64,000 bases of DNA from Bacteroidales bacterium (GCA_028686135.1 JAQUCP010000006.1:43721-107720); one strand, 5' to 3'. Counted from the stretch's first letter, positions 50,350 through 60,597 are shown. Numbers and translations are program-made. Notes: generated by a model not told the origin, from the sequence alone.

Positions 50350-51111
50350 CTATCGATACTCCATCAGGAAAGTTGGTGTCAAGCCGGTGTTCATCTGATG
50401 ATCGAACAGAGCACGAATAGCGTAACGATCGGGACTCCAGGTGAGACCCACACCCACCCCGCCAGGCATCAGGTGCACGAGGAGCTCCAGGGCAAGATTG
50501 GCGGGCAGCTCAACCCGGACACCCCCGAGGAAGGGGCCAACCGAGAGACTGCTGATGTCCAGGGCGAGCATCACAGCCAGTTGGGGATCAGGAATAAACC
50601 TCACCAGCACTTTCAGACGGGGAGCTCCACGAGTCAGCGGCGTATCCGGCAGCAGCCAGCCGGGGATGTCATATAGCTCGATCCCTGCGGCAGCATTATC
50701 AGTCATGTGACAAAGAATCCGAGCATTGGCCCCCAAGCGGAAAGCCGGCGGTCGGGGCTTGGCACTAATCAACGTGAAACGTAGTTGCAACGTGGTGCTG
50801 AGCATTCCGATCTGGCGACCATGGCTTAAGTACAGGTGGTAGCGAGCAAATCCGGAGATGCCATCGCGGCAAGTCAGCACACCGGAGACCGCCCCAGGAG
50901 CATGCCAGGATACTCCCACTCCAGTAGCATTCCAGTCGGACAGGCAAAAATATTGACGACTAAATACTTGATAAGCAACACTTTGCTCATGCTCCGGGAT
51001 TCGGCCTGACCAATCGGGGAGGTTCAATGCCAGGGATGCGGCCGTTTGCGAATGAAGTGGGCCGGCAACCAAGAGCAAAATCAGGGTGGAGATAAAAATA
51101 GGATAGCGCAT
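50350..51111 (-). CDS. hypothetical outer-membrane beta-barrel-like protein
   Basis: 253 aa with a signal peptide (LLLVAGPLHSQ) and alternating hydrophobic strands. It lies 18 nt upstream of the previous ORF. Confidence 0.5.
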   Translation of the reverse strand: MRYPIFISTLILLLVAGPLHSQTAASLALNLPDWSGRIPEHEQSVAYQVFSRQYFCLSDWNATGVGVSWHAPGAVSGVLTCRDGISGFARYHLYLSHGRQIGMLSTTLQLRFTLISAKPRPPAFRLGANARILCHMTDNAAAGIELYDIPGWLLPDTPLTRGAPRLKVLVRFIPDPQLAVMLALDISSLSVGPFLGGVRVELPANLALELLVHLMPGGVGVGLTWSPDRYAIRALFDHQMNTGLTPTFLMEYR

Positions 51112-51160
51112 CTTCCGGTTTACCCGTATAGATGCGCTGTAACCTAAGAAGAGGAAAAAA

Positions 51161-51673
51161 TCAGTTTGTTTTCATTCGGAACTTAACCTCTTTCAGCGAC
51201 TCATTAGCTTTGGTCACCTTAGAGGCGAGGCTGGCTTTGAAATTTAGCATCTGCTGATAAAGAGCCGGATCTCCGGTTGCCAGCATCTCCACAGCCAGAA
51301 TTCCCGCGTTGCGAGCCCCGTCGAGGGCCACAGTGGCCACCGGAATGCCCGACGGCATCTGCAAGATCGACAGCATCGAATCCCATCCATCGATGGAATT
51401 GGACGACTTGATCGGGACTCCGATAACCGGGCAGGCGGTCATGGCTGCCACCACACCCGGAAGATGCGCCGCACCGCCAGCCCCGGCAATGATCACCCGA
51501 ACACCACGATCATAGGCACTTCGGGCAAAATCCGCTACCAAATCTGGCGTGCGATGGGCTGATAACGCATGTATCTCAAAAGGTATCTCAAACTCTTCCA
51601 GCAGCTTAGCTGCCTCCTGCATGATGGGAAGATCAGAAGTGCTTCCCATGATGATGCTCACTTTCGGGTTCAT
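51161..51673 (-). CDS. purE: N5-carboxyaminoimidazole ribonucleotide mutase
   Basis: 170 aa from ATG 51673 with VSIIMGSTSDLP, SAHRTP and AGGAAHLPGV. Confidence 0.95.
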   Translation of the reverse strand: MNPKVSIIMGSTSDLPIMQEAAKLLEEFEIPFEIHALSAHRTPDLVADFARSAYDRGVRVIIAGAGGAAHLPGVVAAMTACPVIGVPIKSSNSIDGWDSMLSILQMPSGIPVATVALDGARNAGILAVEMLATGDPALYQQMLNFKASLASKVTKANESLKEVKFRMKTN

Positions 51674-51690
51674 TCCTGTCGATGTTTTAT

Positions 51691-51698
51691 TAGCTTTG
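51691..51698 (+). promoter_or_regulatory. -7 promoter box TAGCTTTG upstream of hpt
   Basis: Perfect TAnnTTTG 26 nt before the ATG at 51724. No clear -33. Confidence 0.3.
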
Positions 51699-51723
51699 CA
51701 ATTTAGGAAAAACCCCAGAATCA

Positions 51724-52287
51724 ATGATTATGGACCGGATCAAAGTGCTCGACAAAACTTTTGTGAAATTCATCGACCGGGAAGAGATCCAGCAGGTAGT
51801 AGCACGGATGGCCAGGGAAATCGACCGGGACCTTGGGGATGAGAATCCCCTCTTTCTGTCTGTGCTGAACGGATCGTTTATGTTTACGGCCGACCTGTTT
51901 AAGGAGCTCAAAAGACCTTGCCGCGTCTCATTTGTCAAGATGGCCTCTTATCTGGGAACCGGATCCACGGGCCAGGTCCATCAACTGATCGGATTGCAGG
52001 AAAATCTTAAAGGTCAATCGGTTATCATTCTTGAAGATATTGTTGATTCCGGACTAACCATGGTCAAGCTGCTGGAGCATGTCAGCACCCTGCACCCGGC
52101 CAGCGTTCGGGTAGCCTCACTCCTCTTTAAGCCCGATGCGTTCAAGGCTGACTTCAAGATCGATTATCTTGGCATGTCCATACCCAATGATTTTGTCGTT
52201 GGATATGGCCTTGATTATGATGGGTTTGGGAGGAATTATGGGGAATTATACCGATTGGAAGAAGCAGAAAACCCAACAGAAGGTTAA
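51724..52287 (+). CDS. hpt: hypoxanthine phosphoribosyltransferase
   Basis: 187 aa with the PRPP-binding motif VIILEDIVDSGLT and the ...GSFMFTADL... pattern. Confidence 0.9.
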   Translation: MIMDRIKVLDKTFVKFIDREEIQQVVARMAREIDRDLGDENPLFLSVLNGSFMFTADLFKELKRPCRVSFVKMASYLGTGSTGQVHQLIGLQENLKGQSVIILEDIVDSGLTMVKLLEHVSTLHPASVRVASLLFKPDAFKADFKIDYLGMSIPNDFVVGYGLDYDGFGRNYGELYRLEEAENPTEG

Positions 52288-52296
52288 AAAAACACC

Positions 52297-52875
52297 ATGA
52301 AACATATCATTTTATTCGGACCTCCGGGAGCCGGGAAAGGAACCCAGGCTGCCCTACTGGTAGATCATCTTGGGTTCCTGCACATTTCCACAGGCGATTT
52401 GCTCCGTGCGGAGATAGCCAAACGGACTGAACTGGGGATCCGGGCTGCTGAATTTATTGATGCCGGTGAACTGGTACCGGATGAGACCGTGATCGGGATG
52501 ATCCGCAACCGCCTACAGGAGATGTGCATGGTTCCGGGGATCATCTATGACGGATTCCCCCGGACACTTCCCCAAGCCAACGCACTGGATGCCATGCTGG
52601 CCAGCAGGCAGGAACAGATCGATGGCCTCCTTTCACTGGAAGTGCCCCATGAGGAGCTGATCAAAAGACTAACTATCAGAGGAGAAACATCAGGGCGATC
52701 GGATGATACCGATCTGGCAACCATAGAAAACAGGATTGAGGTGTACGAGAAGAAAACCAAACCCATTATCGATCACTATGAAGCGCTCGGTCACCACTAC
52801 CCCGTGGTAGGCACCGGGAACATTGATGAAATCTCGGAGCGCCTGATCACTGTTATTAAAACCAGAATTATCTGA
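52297..52875 (+). CDS. adk: adenylate kinase (short-lid type)
   Basis: 192 aa with [20 protein letters not shown] and DGFPRT. Confidence 0.95.
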   Translation: MKHIILFGPPGAGKGTQAALLVDHLGFLHISTGDLLRAEIAKRTELGIRAAEFIDAGELVPDETVIGMIRNRLQEMCMVPGIIYDGFPRTLPQANALDAMLASRQEQIDGLLSLEVPHEELIKRLTIRGETSGRSDDTDLATIENRIEVYEKKTKPIIDHYEALGHHYPVVGTGNIDEISERLITVIKTRII

Positions 52876-52921
52876 TTATCAATACTTTAAATACGCTAAT
52901 CAATCAACGAAAAGCCTGACT

Positions 52922-53914
52922 ATGAGCAACGAAAACTTCATCGACTATGTCAAGATCTTTGTGCGGTCAGGCAGAGGAGGAGCCGGCTCAGCCCATCTTA
53001 AACGGGTGAAATATAACCCCAAAGCCGGTCCAGATGGCGGAGACGGCGGCAGGGGTGGTCATGTCATCCTTCGAGCCAACGATCAAAAATGGACGCTGCT
53101 GCATCTGAAATATAACCGGCATGTTTTTGCCGAACATGGCGAATCTGGAAGCAAAGATATCAAGACAGGCGCCAGTGGAAAGGATGTTTATATCGATGTT
53201 CCGCTTGGCACCGTAGCCCGGGATGGAGAGACAGAGGAGTTCCTGATGGAGATCACCCAGGCCGGAGAAGAAAAAATCCTGGTCCCTGGCGGGCGGGGCG
53301 GCCTGGGCAATGTCAACTTCAAGTCGGCCACCAACCAAACACCCCGCTACGCCCAACCCGGCGAGCCCTACCAGGAGGGCTGGATCATCCTGGAACTCAA
53401 AATCCTGGCTGATGTCGGATTGGTGGGATTCCCCAACGCCGGCAAGTCAACCCTCCTCTCGGTTGTCTCCGCCGCTAAACCTAAAATCGGAAATTACCCC
53501 TTCACAACGCTCACCCCAAACCTGGGTATGGTGGAATACCGCGAGGGCCGCTCCTTTGTAATGGCTGATATTCCAGGTATCATCGAAGGGGCATCCGAGG
53601 GTAAAGGACTGGGGTTAAGGTTTTTACGACATATCGAACGAAATCCCGCCCTGTTGTTCGTGATACCAGCCGACAGCCAAGATATCCGGCACGAATATGA
53701 GGTGCTGGTCAAGGAGCTGGAAGAGTATAATCCCGAGCTGCTCGACAAGAAAAGAATTCTGGGGATATCAAAATCTGATCTACTGGATGAGGAGCTCATC
53801 ACCGAAATCCGGAACGATCTGCCCGATTTGCCCACAGTGTTCTTTTCGGCGCTGACGATGAAAAATATCGACAAACTCAAAGACCTGATTTGGCAGGTTC
53901 TCCAAAGCGATTGA
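52922..53914 (+). CDS. obg: GTPase Obg/CgtA
   Basis: 330 aa with [18 protein letters not shown]..., the Gly-rich Obg fold, G1 GFPNAGKST and G3 DIPG. Confidence 0.95.
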   Translation: MSNENFIDYVKIFVRSGRGGAGSAHLKRVKYNPKAGPDGGDGGRGGHVILRANDQKWTLLHLKYNRHVFAEHGESGSKDIKTGASGKDVYIDVPLGTVARDGETEEFLMEITQAGEEKILVPGGRGGLGNVNFKSATNQTPRYAQPGEPYQEGWIILELKILADVGLVGFPNAGKSTLLSVVSAAKPKIGNYPFTTLTPNLGMVEYREGRSFVMADIPGIIEGASEGKGLGLRFLRHIERNPALLFVIPADSQDIRHEYEVLVKELEEYNPELLDKKRILGISKSDLLDEELITEIRNDLPDLPTVFFSALTMKNIDKLKDLIWQVLQSD

Positions 53915-53917
53915 CCC

Positions 53918-54520
53918 ATGCCCGGAAAATTAGCTGAGCTGGACCAACAACTGTTTCTTTATCTCAACCACCTGGGGTGCGACGGGCTCGATCCGGTGAT
54001 GCGTTTTCTCAGCGGACCGGTGCCCTGGATTCTGTTGACGTTATTAATCCTGCTGGTTACAGCACAACGATCCAACTGGAAATTCAATGATAAGTCGTTC
54101 TGGATCATTTTAACAGCTTTTGCCATCGCCTCACTGATCAGTGAACAATCATCCGTCCATCTGTTTAAGAATGTCTTTGAGCGACTCCGCCCCTGTCATG
54201 AGCCAGCCCTGGCGGAACAGGTCAGACTGGCAGCCAGCCGCTGTGGAGGAGCGTTTGGCTTCGTCTCAACCCATGCCTCCAACTCATTTACCTTGGCCAT
54301 CCTCATTTTGCTCATATTTAAACGCAATTGGCTATCAATCAGTGTATTTGTTTGGGCTACCCTGATCAGCTACTCCCGCATTTATGTGGGCGTTCATTAT
54401 CCGGGGGATGTGCTCGGGGGGATGCTGCTCGGATGTGCAATAGCCGTGGTTGTGTATTTAGTTTATCAGCAGATGGAGGGAAAAAAGAATAACACCAAAG
54501 CAGTTAATAGTCAGGGTTGA
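53918..54520 (+). CDS. PAP2-family phosphatase (BcrC/PgpB-like)
   Basis: 200 aa membrane protein with the three PAP2 motifs K....RLRP, (S)THAS and SRIYVGVHYPGD. Confidence 0.8.
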   Translation: MPGKLAELDQQLFLYLNHLGCDGLDPVMRFLSGPVPWILLTLLILLVTAQRSNWKFNDKSFWIILTAFAIASLISEQSSVHLFKNVFERLRPCHEPALAEQVRLAASRCGGAFGFVSTHASNSFTLAILILLIFKRNWLSISVFVWATLISYSRIYVGVHYPGDVLGGMLLGCAIAVVVYLVYQQMEGKKNNTKAVNSQG

Positions 54521-54552
54521 CACTCATTTTTTAACCTAATATTTTCAATTGT

Positions 54553-55395
54553 ATGCCTTCGCTTCGTAGTATGACCGTTACCACCCATCTTAAAGATGAG
54601 GAAACTGACCCCTATATCAGTCAAATTGTTCACTATGATCAACAGGGCCTTGAGGTGGCTCATTATGAATTCCGCGGACCGGATGAGTTCGAATCCAAAA
54701 CCGAGACACGCTACGACTCTCAGGGGAGAGTTGTGGAGCAAACCACCTATCAGAATGAGCAGGAAATTCTTGAGCGTAAGGTATTTACTCGAGATGAAGC
54801 CGGACGGGTTACCCGCGTGGACATCTCCTATCCCGATGGATCCTTGTCGGTACAAACCATCGAGAGGGATGAAGAAACACGCACAGAAAATTGGATCGAG
54901 AAGGATGAAGACGGGGAACTTGAATCCCGCGAGTTTCTGAAGTACGATGAAAAAGGTCAGATTACGCTCAGGGAATGGTACGACTATCGCGACAAGCTAA
55001 CCGAGGCCTATGAGTACCAGTATGATGAAGCAGGCAATCTGATCCTTCGCCGTCATCTGGACGAACGCCGAAAGCTGATCGTTGTTACCGATTTTCAGTA
55101 TAATGAAGCCGGACTGTTGGTTCTGCGGGCAAACCGCAACCGCCGGGGGGAACTGTCAGATTATCTGAAAATGGAATACAACGAAAAAGGACAACCCATA
55201 AAGCATTCATTTTCTGGCAAATACACCATGCTTTTTGAATATGACGAGCAAGGGAATGTGGCAGTTGAAGAGCAATATCAGGGATCAGAACTCCAAAACC
55301 GGATCACCTACGAATACAACAACCTAAACCGGGTTCTCGTTGAAGATCAGGCTACCCTGATCAAGACCTATGCCTATGTGGACTATGATAATTAG
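54553..55395 (+). CDS. small YD/RHS-repeat-like protein without signal peptide
   Basis: 280 aa made almost entirely of ~20-aa units of the form ..Y.YDE.G..., for example RYDSQGRVV, TRDEAGRVT, KYDEKGQIT, QYDEAGNLI, QYNEAGLLV, EYNEKGQPI and EYDEQGNVA. Confidence 0.55.
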   Translation: MPSLRSMTVTTHLKDEETDPYISQIVHYDQQGLEVAHYEFRGPDEFESKTETRYDSQGRVVEQTTYQNEQEILERKVFTRDEAGRVTRVDISYPDGSLSVQTIERDEETRTENWIEKDEDGELESREFLKYDEKGQITLREWYDYRDKLTEAYEYQYDEAGNLILRRHLDERRKLIVVTDFQYNEAGLLVLRANRNRRGELSDYLKMEYNEKGQPIKHSFSGKYTMLFEYDEQGNVAVEEQYQGSELQNRITYEYNNLNRVLVEDQATLIKTYAYVDYDN

Positions 55396-55506
55396 GCATT
55401 TGTTCTTTACCTCGTGAACCGATAAATATCACCTGTTTTTCAGCTGTTTTGAGTTAGCACGGCTGATTATTTCCTAAATTGGTGGGCTAAACCCAAACAA
55501 TTTCAG

Positions 55507-56460
55507 ATGAAAAACATCCTGTATCTCATCAGTTTGGTTTTGATCATTTTGATCCCAGCCTGCCAATCAGCACCCGGAAAAGTCACCATTGGTTATGTTC
55601 AAATCACGCAGGATCCATCGCTGGATGTCGCCAAGGCGAGCCTTTTCCAGGCTCTGGCCGATTCGGGATTTGCCATTGGGGAGCAGATCAAAGTGATCGA
55701 CCACAACGCCCAGGGTGATCTATCCATGATCAGCACAATCCTCCAATCGTTTCAATCACAGGGGGTTGATATGGTCATCACAAACAGTACCCCCTGTATG
55801 GTTGCTGCCTCCCACGCCATACGGGATATTCCGGTGGTTTTCACTGTTTCGTTCAGCCCCGACCAGGTGGGTTCCGGGCCTGCACCACCCAATCTATACG
55901 GCGTCTATGACACGATCCAGGGCGAAATGATTGCCAACATCATGCAGGAGTGCATTCCGGGATTGAGCCGCGTTGGAATTCCTTACAACAACGCTGAACC
56001 CAACGCTACGCTTGGCTCACGGATCCTTAAAGACGAATTTACCAGGAGAGGCATTCAGGTAATCACCGCATCCGTTACGAGTGTGAACGACCTGGCTCAG
56101 GCTGTTCAATACCTTGTAGATCAAAATGTTGAGGCATTCGCGCTGGCTGCTGATAATACCGTTTACCTGGGATTACCGGTTATTTCAAAGGTGGCTACTG
56201 ATCGTGACATCCCCATATTCGTCACCGATCCGCCACAAGTTAATAATGGTGCGGCCATTGGCTATGGCATCGCTTATGATTCCTGGGGATACCAATCGGG
56301 ACTCAAAGCCGTTGAAATTCTCAAAGGAAGAGAACGGCAGATGATCCCAATTGAGCCCGGAAAAAAGTTCCAGCTGATCATCAACCTGGCCAACTGCGCC
56401 GACCAAGGGCTGGTTGTTCCTCCTGCTATCCTCGACCAGGCTAGTCGGATCATTCAGTAA
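55507..56460 (+). CDS. ABC transporter substrate-binding lipoprotein (ABC_sub_bind / ABC.X4.S type), single domain
   Basis: 317 aa with lipobox LIPAC. Motifs are ...NSTPC..., ..SPDQVGSG... and GYGIAYDSWGYQSG. It sits in an operon with a matching permease and ATPase. Confidence 0.75.
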   Translation: MKNILYLISLVLIILIPACQSAPGKVTIGYVQITQDPSLDVAKASLFQALADSGFAIGEQIKVIDHNAQGDLSMISTILQSFQSQGVDMVITNSTPCMVAASHAIRDIPVVFTVSFSPDQVGSGPAPPNLYGVYDTIQGEMIANIMQECIPGLSRVGIPYNNAEPNATLGSRILKDEFTRRGIQVITASVTSVNDLAQAVQYLVDQNVEAFALAADNTVYLGLPVISKVATDRDIPIFVTDPPQVNNGAAIGYGIAYDSWGYQSGLKAVEILKGRERQMIPIEPGKKFQLIINLANCADQGLVVPPAILDQASRIIQ

Positions 56461-56471
56461 ACTCTCTGACA

Positions 56472-58409
56472 ATGAGATCTATATCCAAGGGCCTTCTGGC
56501 CCTGATTCTTGCAGCAACAATCCTGTTGGTGTCCGATTTACAAAACCGGAAAAAGACTACCTCACGCGATTCAAGCGCGCGGCAGATTCATCCGGAAGCG
56601 ATCACCGGGAAAGAGTACACCCTGGGGCTCTGCTATTTTGCTCCGGAAGCAGCTCACGATGAACTGCTCAAAGGCGTCTGGACAAGACTTGAAGAGTTGG
56701 GCTATTTCCGCGATAGTAACCTGATAATCAAAGAATCGCATGCTAACGGAGAGATCGGTAACATCTCTCCTATCCTGTTAAATCTGGATAATCAAAACCT
56801 CGATCTGATCCTGGTGACCTCCACACCCTGTGTCACCGCTGCCATCAGTACGGTCAAAAAGCACCCGGTAGCGTTCACCTATTGCTACGATCCCATTGCC
56901 GCCGGTGCAGGAAACAGCTATGAGGATCACCATCCGGGAATTACTGGCATCGGATCGCTGCCTCCTGTGGCTAAAAGTATCCGGTTCATCCTGGAAACCT
57001 TGCCTGGCACCAAAACCATCGGCACCATCTATAACACCTCTGAAGCTAACTCACGAAAAGCTGTGAGTTTGATGCGCGAAGAAACCACTAAAGCCGGAGT
57101 AACCCTGGTGGAAGCCCCTGCCATTAATACCTCCGAAGTGTTCCAGGCTGCACAGGTCATCGCCGGCAAAGGCATCGATGTGCTCTATATCACCGGCGAT
57201 AATACCGCGATCCAAGCCATTGATGCGATTGCAGGAATTTGCGAAAAGAATGATATACCTCTGATTGTCAATGATTTACCTTACATTAAAAACGGCGCTA
57301 TGGCAGCCGTGGGAATTGGCTGGGAAAGTGTAGGATACTACTCCGGCGACCTGATCGGGAGGCTTCTGAATGGTGCTTCCACTGCCGAAACACCCATGGA
57401 AAACTATGTTAATGAATCCGTTGCCATTAACCCCGAGCGAGTCAGCCATTTCGGCGTCACCATCCCGGAAAAATACCTTCACCAAACCACTAGCCTTCCA
57501 GAAGGGGTACACCTAAAATTGTGCCTGGTTCATTATGTGGACAGCCATAATTCAGAAGACTGTGAGAAAGGCATTCGCAAAGCATTGTCCGACAACAATC
57601 TGCAAGAAGGAACACACTATACCCTAAAGGTGTTTAACGCTCAGGGAGATATCACCACGCTGAACAGTATTGCCGGGTCGGTTGAAAGTGAGCAATGGGA
57701 TCTAATCTTTGCCACCTCCACGCCAACCATCCAGATGCTGGCCAAGAAGTTGCCCGGTCGCAAGATCGTGTTTACCAATGTGGGGGATCCCATTGCCGCC
57801 GGACTGGGGAAGGCGGATGACGATCACCTGCCGAATATCTGCGGAATATCCACCATGAGCGATTTCGAAGGACTGGTGAAGCTGGCGCAGCATATCCAGC
57901 CCAGGATTCAGCGTATCGGAACAGTTTTTACCCCTGCGGAGGTAAATTCAATCGCGTACCGCGACCGGCTTGAGGAGGCGGCCACTGCTGCCGGGCTTAC
58001 GCTGATCTCCATGCCCGCAAACTCCGCCACCGAAGTGCTTGATGCTGCCAATTCTCTCGTTTCACAAAGGATTGATGCATTTTGTCAAATATCTGATAAT
58101 CTGACTGGTAGCTCAAGTTCAGCAATCCTAAAGGTATCCACAGAAAGGAAGGTTCCCTATTACAGCTTTGTAACCCAGCAGCTACATCAGGGTGGAGTGG
58201 CAGCCTGCGCGAGGGATTATTACCAGGCAGGTTATGAGGCAGGCGAGATGGGCATAGAAGTGCTGGCGGGGAAAAAGCCGGCAGACCTACCCTTCCGCGT
58301 TGTCAGAAAGACCGATTTTCTATTTAGCCGAACAAATGCAAAACTCTTGGAAATCAGCCTTCCAAAGAATACGCTGGAACTCTTTCCAACCCTAAAAATT
58401 GTTGATTAA
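56472..58409 (+). CDS. membrane-anchored protein with two tandem ABC_sub_bind substrate-binding domains
   Basis: 645 aa with an N-terminal uncleaved anchor (LLALILAATILLVSDLQNRKK). Both halves carry the family motifs: TSTPC...YDPIAAGAG...GIGWESVGYYSG in the first, and TSTPT...GDPIAAGLG...ARDYYQAGYEAG in the second. Confidence 0.7.
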   Translation: MRSISKGLLALILAATILLVSDLQNRKKTTSRDSSARQIHPEAITGKEYTLGLCYFAPEAAHDELLKGVWTRLEELGYFRDSNLIIKESHANGEIGNISPILLNLDNQNLDLILVTSTPCVTAAISTVKKHPVAFTYCYDPIAAGAGNSYEDHHPGITGIGSLPPVAKSIRFILETLPGTKTIGTIYNTSEANSRKAVSLMREETTKAGVTLVEAPAINTSEVFQAAQVIAGKGIDVLYITGDNTAIQAIDAIAGICEKNDIPLIVNDLPYIKNGAMAAVGIGWESVGYYSGDLIGRLLNGASTAETPMENYVNESVAINPERVSHFGVTIPEKYLHQTTSLPEGVHLKLCLVHYVDSHNSEDCEKGIRKALSDNNLQEGTHYTLKVFNAQGDITTLNSIAGSVESEQWDLIFATSTPTIQMLAKKLPGRKIVFTNVGDPIAAGLGKADDDHLPNICGISTMSDFEGLVKLAQHIQPRIQRIGTVFTPAEVNSIAYRDRLEEAATAAGLTLISMPANSATEVLDAANSLVSQRIDAFCQISDNLTGSSSSAILKVSTERKVPYYSFVTQQLHQGGVAACARDYYQAGYEAGEMGIEVLAGKKPADLPFRVVRKTDFLFSRTNAKLLEISLPKNTLELFPTLKIVD

Positions 58410-58426
58410 CCCGATAAGTCAATTGA

Positions 58427-59641
58427 ATGGACAATACACTTACCATCACCAGGAAAACAGCAGGGCAAGAACAGCAGGTCACCCTGGTTGGCCGATTAGA
58501 TGCCACCTGGGCAGCCCACCTCGATGATTACCTAACGGGACTGGTCAGGGAGGGCTCCTACCGGATCATCCTCAATATGCAGGGTATTCAGTATCTAAGC
58601 TCAGCAGGCATCCGGATCCTGGTCAACCAATACAAGCAAATCACTAAGATTGGCGGCCATCTGATCCTCCGCGACCTATCGGAGCCCGTCTCCACGGTCC
58701 TCGAAATGGTGGGGATGCTGAGCATCCTGACTGAAGAAGTCGTGGAAGCATCTCATTCTGAAGAAGATGCTCTAACATTGGAGCTGAGCGGGTATCGGTT
58801 TGTCCGTGAGAAGTTGTCGGAGAAAGCCATGACACTCAACCTGACGGGAGATCCCGGTCGTGTAGCTCATTCGGGGTATCAGGCTGATGATAATCACCGG
58901 ATCCGGTTTAAAGCTCACGGTTACGGACTGGGCATCGGGGCCATTGGCGAAGGCTTTGATGATTGTCGTTCGCGATACGGAGAGTTTATGGCCTTAGGTG
59001 AAGCAGTCGCCTACAAACCCTCGGATGGATCCCGCATGCCGGATTACACTCTTCGGTCGGGGACCCTGGAGCCAGAGATCAACGCCCTCTATGCTCTCCA
59101 GGCCGAAGGGGCCTTTCAGAGCCGCGTAACTTTTGATCCGCTCACCCCAGGCCAGACGATCCCGATTGAGGAGTTGACCGCCGGATTAAGCAGGAGCACT
59201 GATCTGGAACAATTTGTTTTTCTGATGATTGCAGAGAGCGGGGGGTTGGTAGGTGTGAGCTTAACCAGTCCACCAGTCGGCGGCGATCCGATGTTTGATT
59301 TTCCCCGCATCCGGGAGACTGTCAGGTTCACAACCGAGCCCGCCTATGCCCGGATGTTGGCTGTCACCATCGGCTTTTACTCCCGGCAGCCGGTCTCACA
59401 GCTGAAAGCCTTCCTGAGGCCTCTCTCGCCGGGCACCGATGCCTGGATGCACGCCCACACAGCTGTCTTCCCCTTTCAGGCTCTGCCAAGAAATGAGGCA
59501 TCGGCCGGCAAGCTGATTTTGCACCTGTTCGAAACAGGCATTGTAGAGGATATCATACATCTGATCACTGACTCACGGGAGATTAACGGAATCGGATCAA
59601 GCACTTTCAAACAGGGAGTTGCCTGGATTGGTCAAATCTGA
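58427..59641 (+). CDS. STAS-domain protein with ~290-aa C-terminal domain of unknown family
   Basis: 404 aa. The N-terminal ~105 aa have the anti-sigma-antagonist/STAS pattern (VTLVGRLDA......L......IILNMQGIQYLSSAGIRILV......GG.LILRDLSEPV..VLEMVG). I do not recognise the rest. Confidence 0.65.
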   Translation: MDNTLTITRKTAGQEQQVTLVGRLDATWAAHLDDYLTGLVREGSYRIILNMQGIQYLSSAGIRILVNQYKQITKIGGHLILRDLSEPVSTVLEMVGMLSILTEEVVEASHSEEDALTLELSGYRFVREKLSEKAMTLNLTGDPGRVAHSGYQADDNHRIRFKAHGYGLGIGAIGEGFDDCRSRYGEFMALGEAVAYKPSDGSRMPDYTLRSGTLEPEINALYALQAEGAFQSRVTFDPLTPGQTIPIEELTAGLSRSTDLEQFVFLMIAESGGLVGVSLTSPPVGGDPMFDFPRIRETVRFTTEPAYARMLAVTIGFYSRQPVSQLKAFLRPLSPGTDAWMHAHTAVFPFQALPRNEASAGKLILHLFETGIVEDIIHLITDSREINGIGSSTFKQGVAWIGQI

Positions 59642-59655
59642 AAAAAAGAAAACCT

Positions 59656-60597
59656 ATGACACTACTACTTGGATCCATCACCATCGGGCTGGTACTTGCC
59701 CTGCTGGCCCTGGGTATTTTTATCAGCTTCAGGATCTTCTCCTTTCCTGATATCACGGCGGAAGGATCATTCACCTTTGGGGCTGCCATCACCGCTTCCT
59801 TGATTGTCGCTGGCGTCAACCCGGCCCTAGCCACCCTTATGGCTTTCTTTGGCGGCATGGTCGCGGGTGCTGCTACTGGCCTGATACACACCCGGTTTAA
59901 GATCAATCCCTTATTGTCAGGCATCCTGGTCATGACCGCCCTTTACTCGGTTAACCTGCATGTGATGGGCAAAAGCAATGTCCCACTGCTCTCCAAAAAC
60001 ACCCTTTTCACCTGGTTTGAAAAGATTGCCGTGGCCATCTCCGGTCAGGATACTACCGTCAATGTTTTGGGTTGGTCAGTTGCAGCACGTGATCTCTGGA
60101 CACTCCTCTTTTGCCTGTTGATCATTGTGGCTTTCAGCCTGTTGCTACTTTGGTTTTTCCGTACCAATATCGGAACGGCCATGCGGGCCACGGGAGATAA
60201 CGACCAGATGATCAGAGCATTAGGAGTAAACACCAATGGGATGATCATCTTTGGCATAGCCCTTTCTAACGGGTTCATTGCCCTGGCCGGGTCGATGCTT
60301 GCCCAGCTACAGGGTTTTGCTGATGTGCAGATGGGTATTGGGATGATGGTGTGGGGTTTGGCCAGCGTGATCATTGGTGAGGCGTTGATCAGCGACCGGA
60401 GTCTCGGGATGGTCATTGCGGGTGCGGTGATCGGGTCGGTTCTATTCCGGCTGTTGGTTGCCATTGCATTACGTTGGGGGATGAACCCCAATGATCTCAA
60501 GCTGATCACGGCGGCTTTTGTGTTCATTGCACTGGTATTGCCAGGATTCATGAAAAAGACTAAAAAAATCAATCTATTAAGCCATAAGCATGCTTGA
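59656..60597 (+). CDS. ABC transporter permease (BPD_transp_2, ABC.X4.P type)
   Basis: 313 aa with about 8-9 TM segments, ...DITAEGSF..GA... and RATGDN..M...G.N. Confidence 0.8.
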   Translation: MTLLLGSITIGLVLALLALGIFISFRIFSFPDITAEGSFTFGAAITASLIVAGVNPALATLMAFFGGMVAGAATGLIHTRFKINPLLSGILVMTALYSVNLHVMGKSNVPLLSKNTLFTWFEKIAVAISGQDTTVNVLGWSVAARDLWTLLFCLLIIVAFSLLLLWFFRTNIGTAMRATGDNDQMIRALGVNTNGMIIFGIALSNGFIALAGSMLAQLQGFADVQMGIGMMVWGLASVIIGEALISDRSLGMVIAGAVIGSVLFRLLVAIALRWGMNPNDLKLITAAFVFIALVLPGFMKKTKKINLLSHKHA

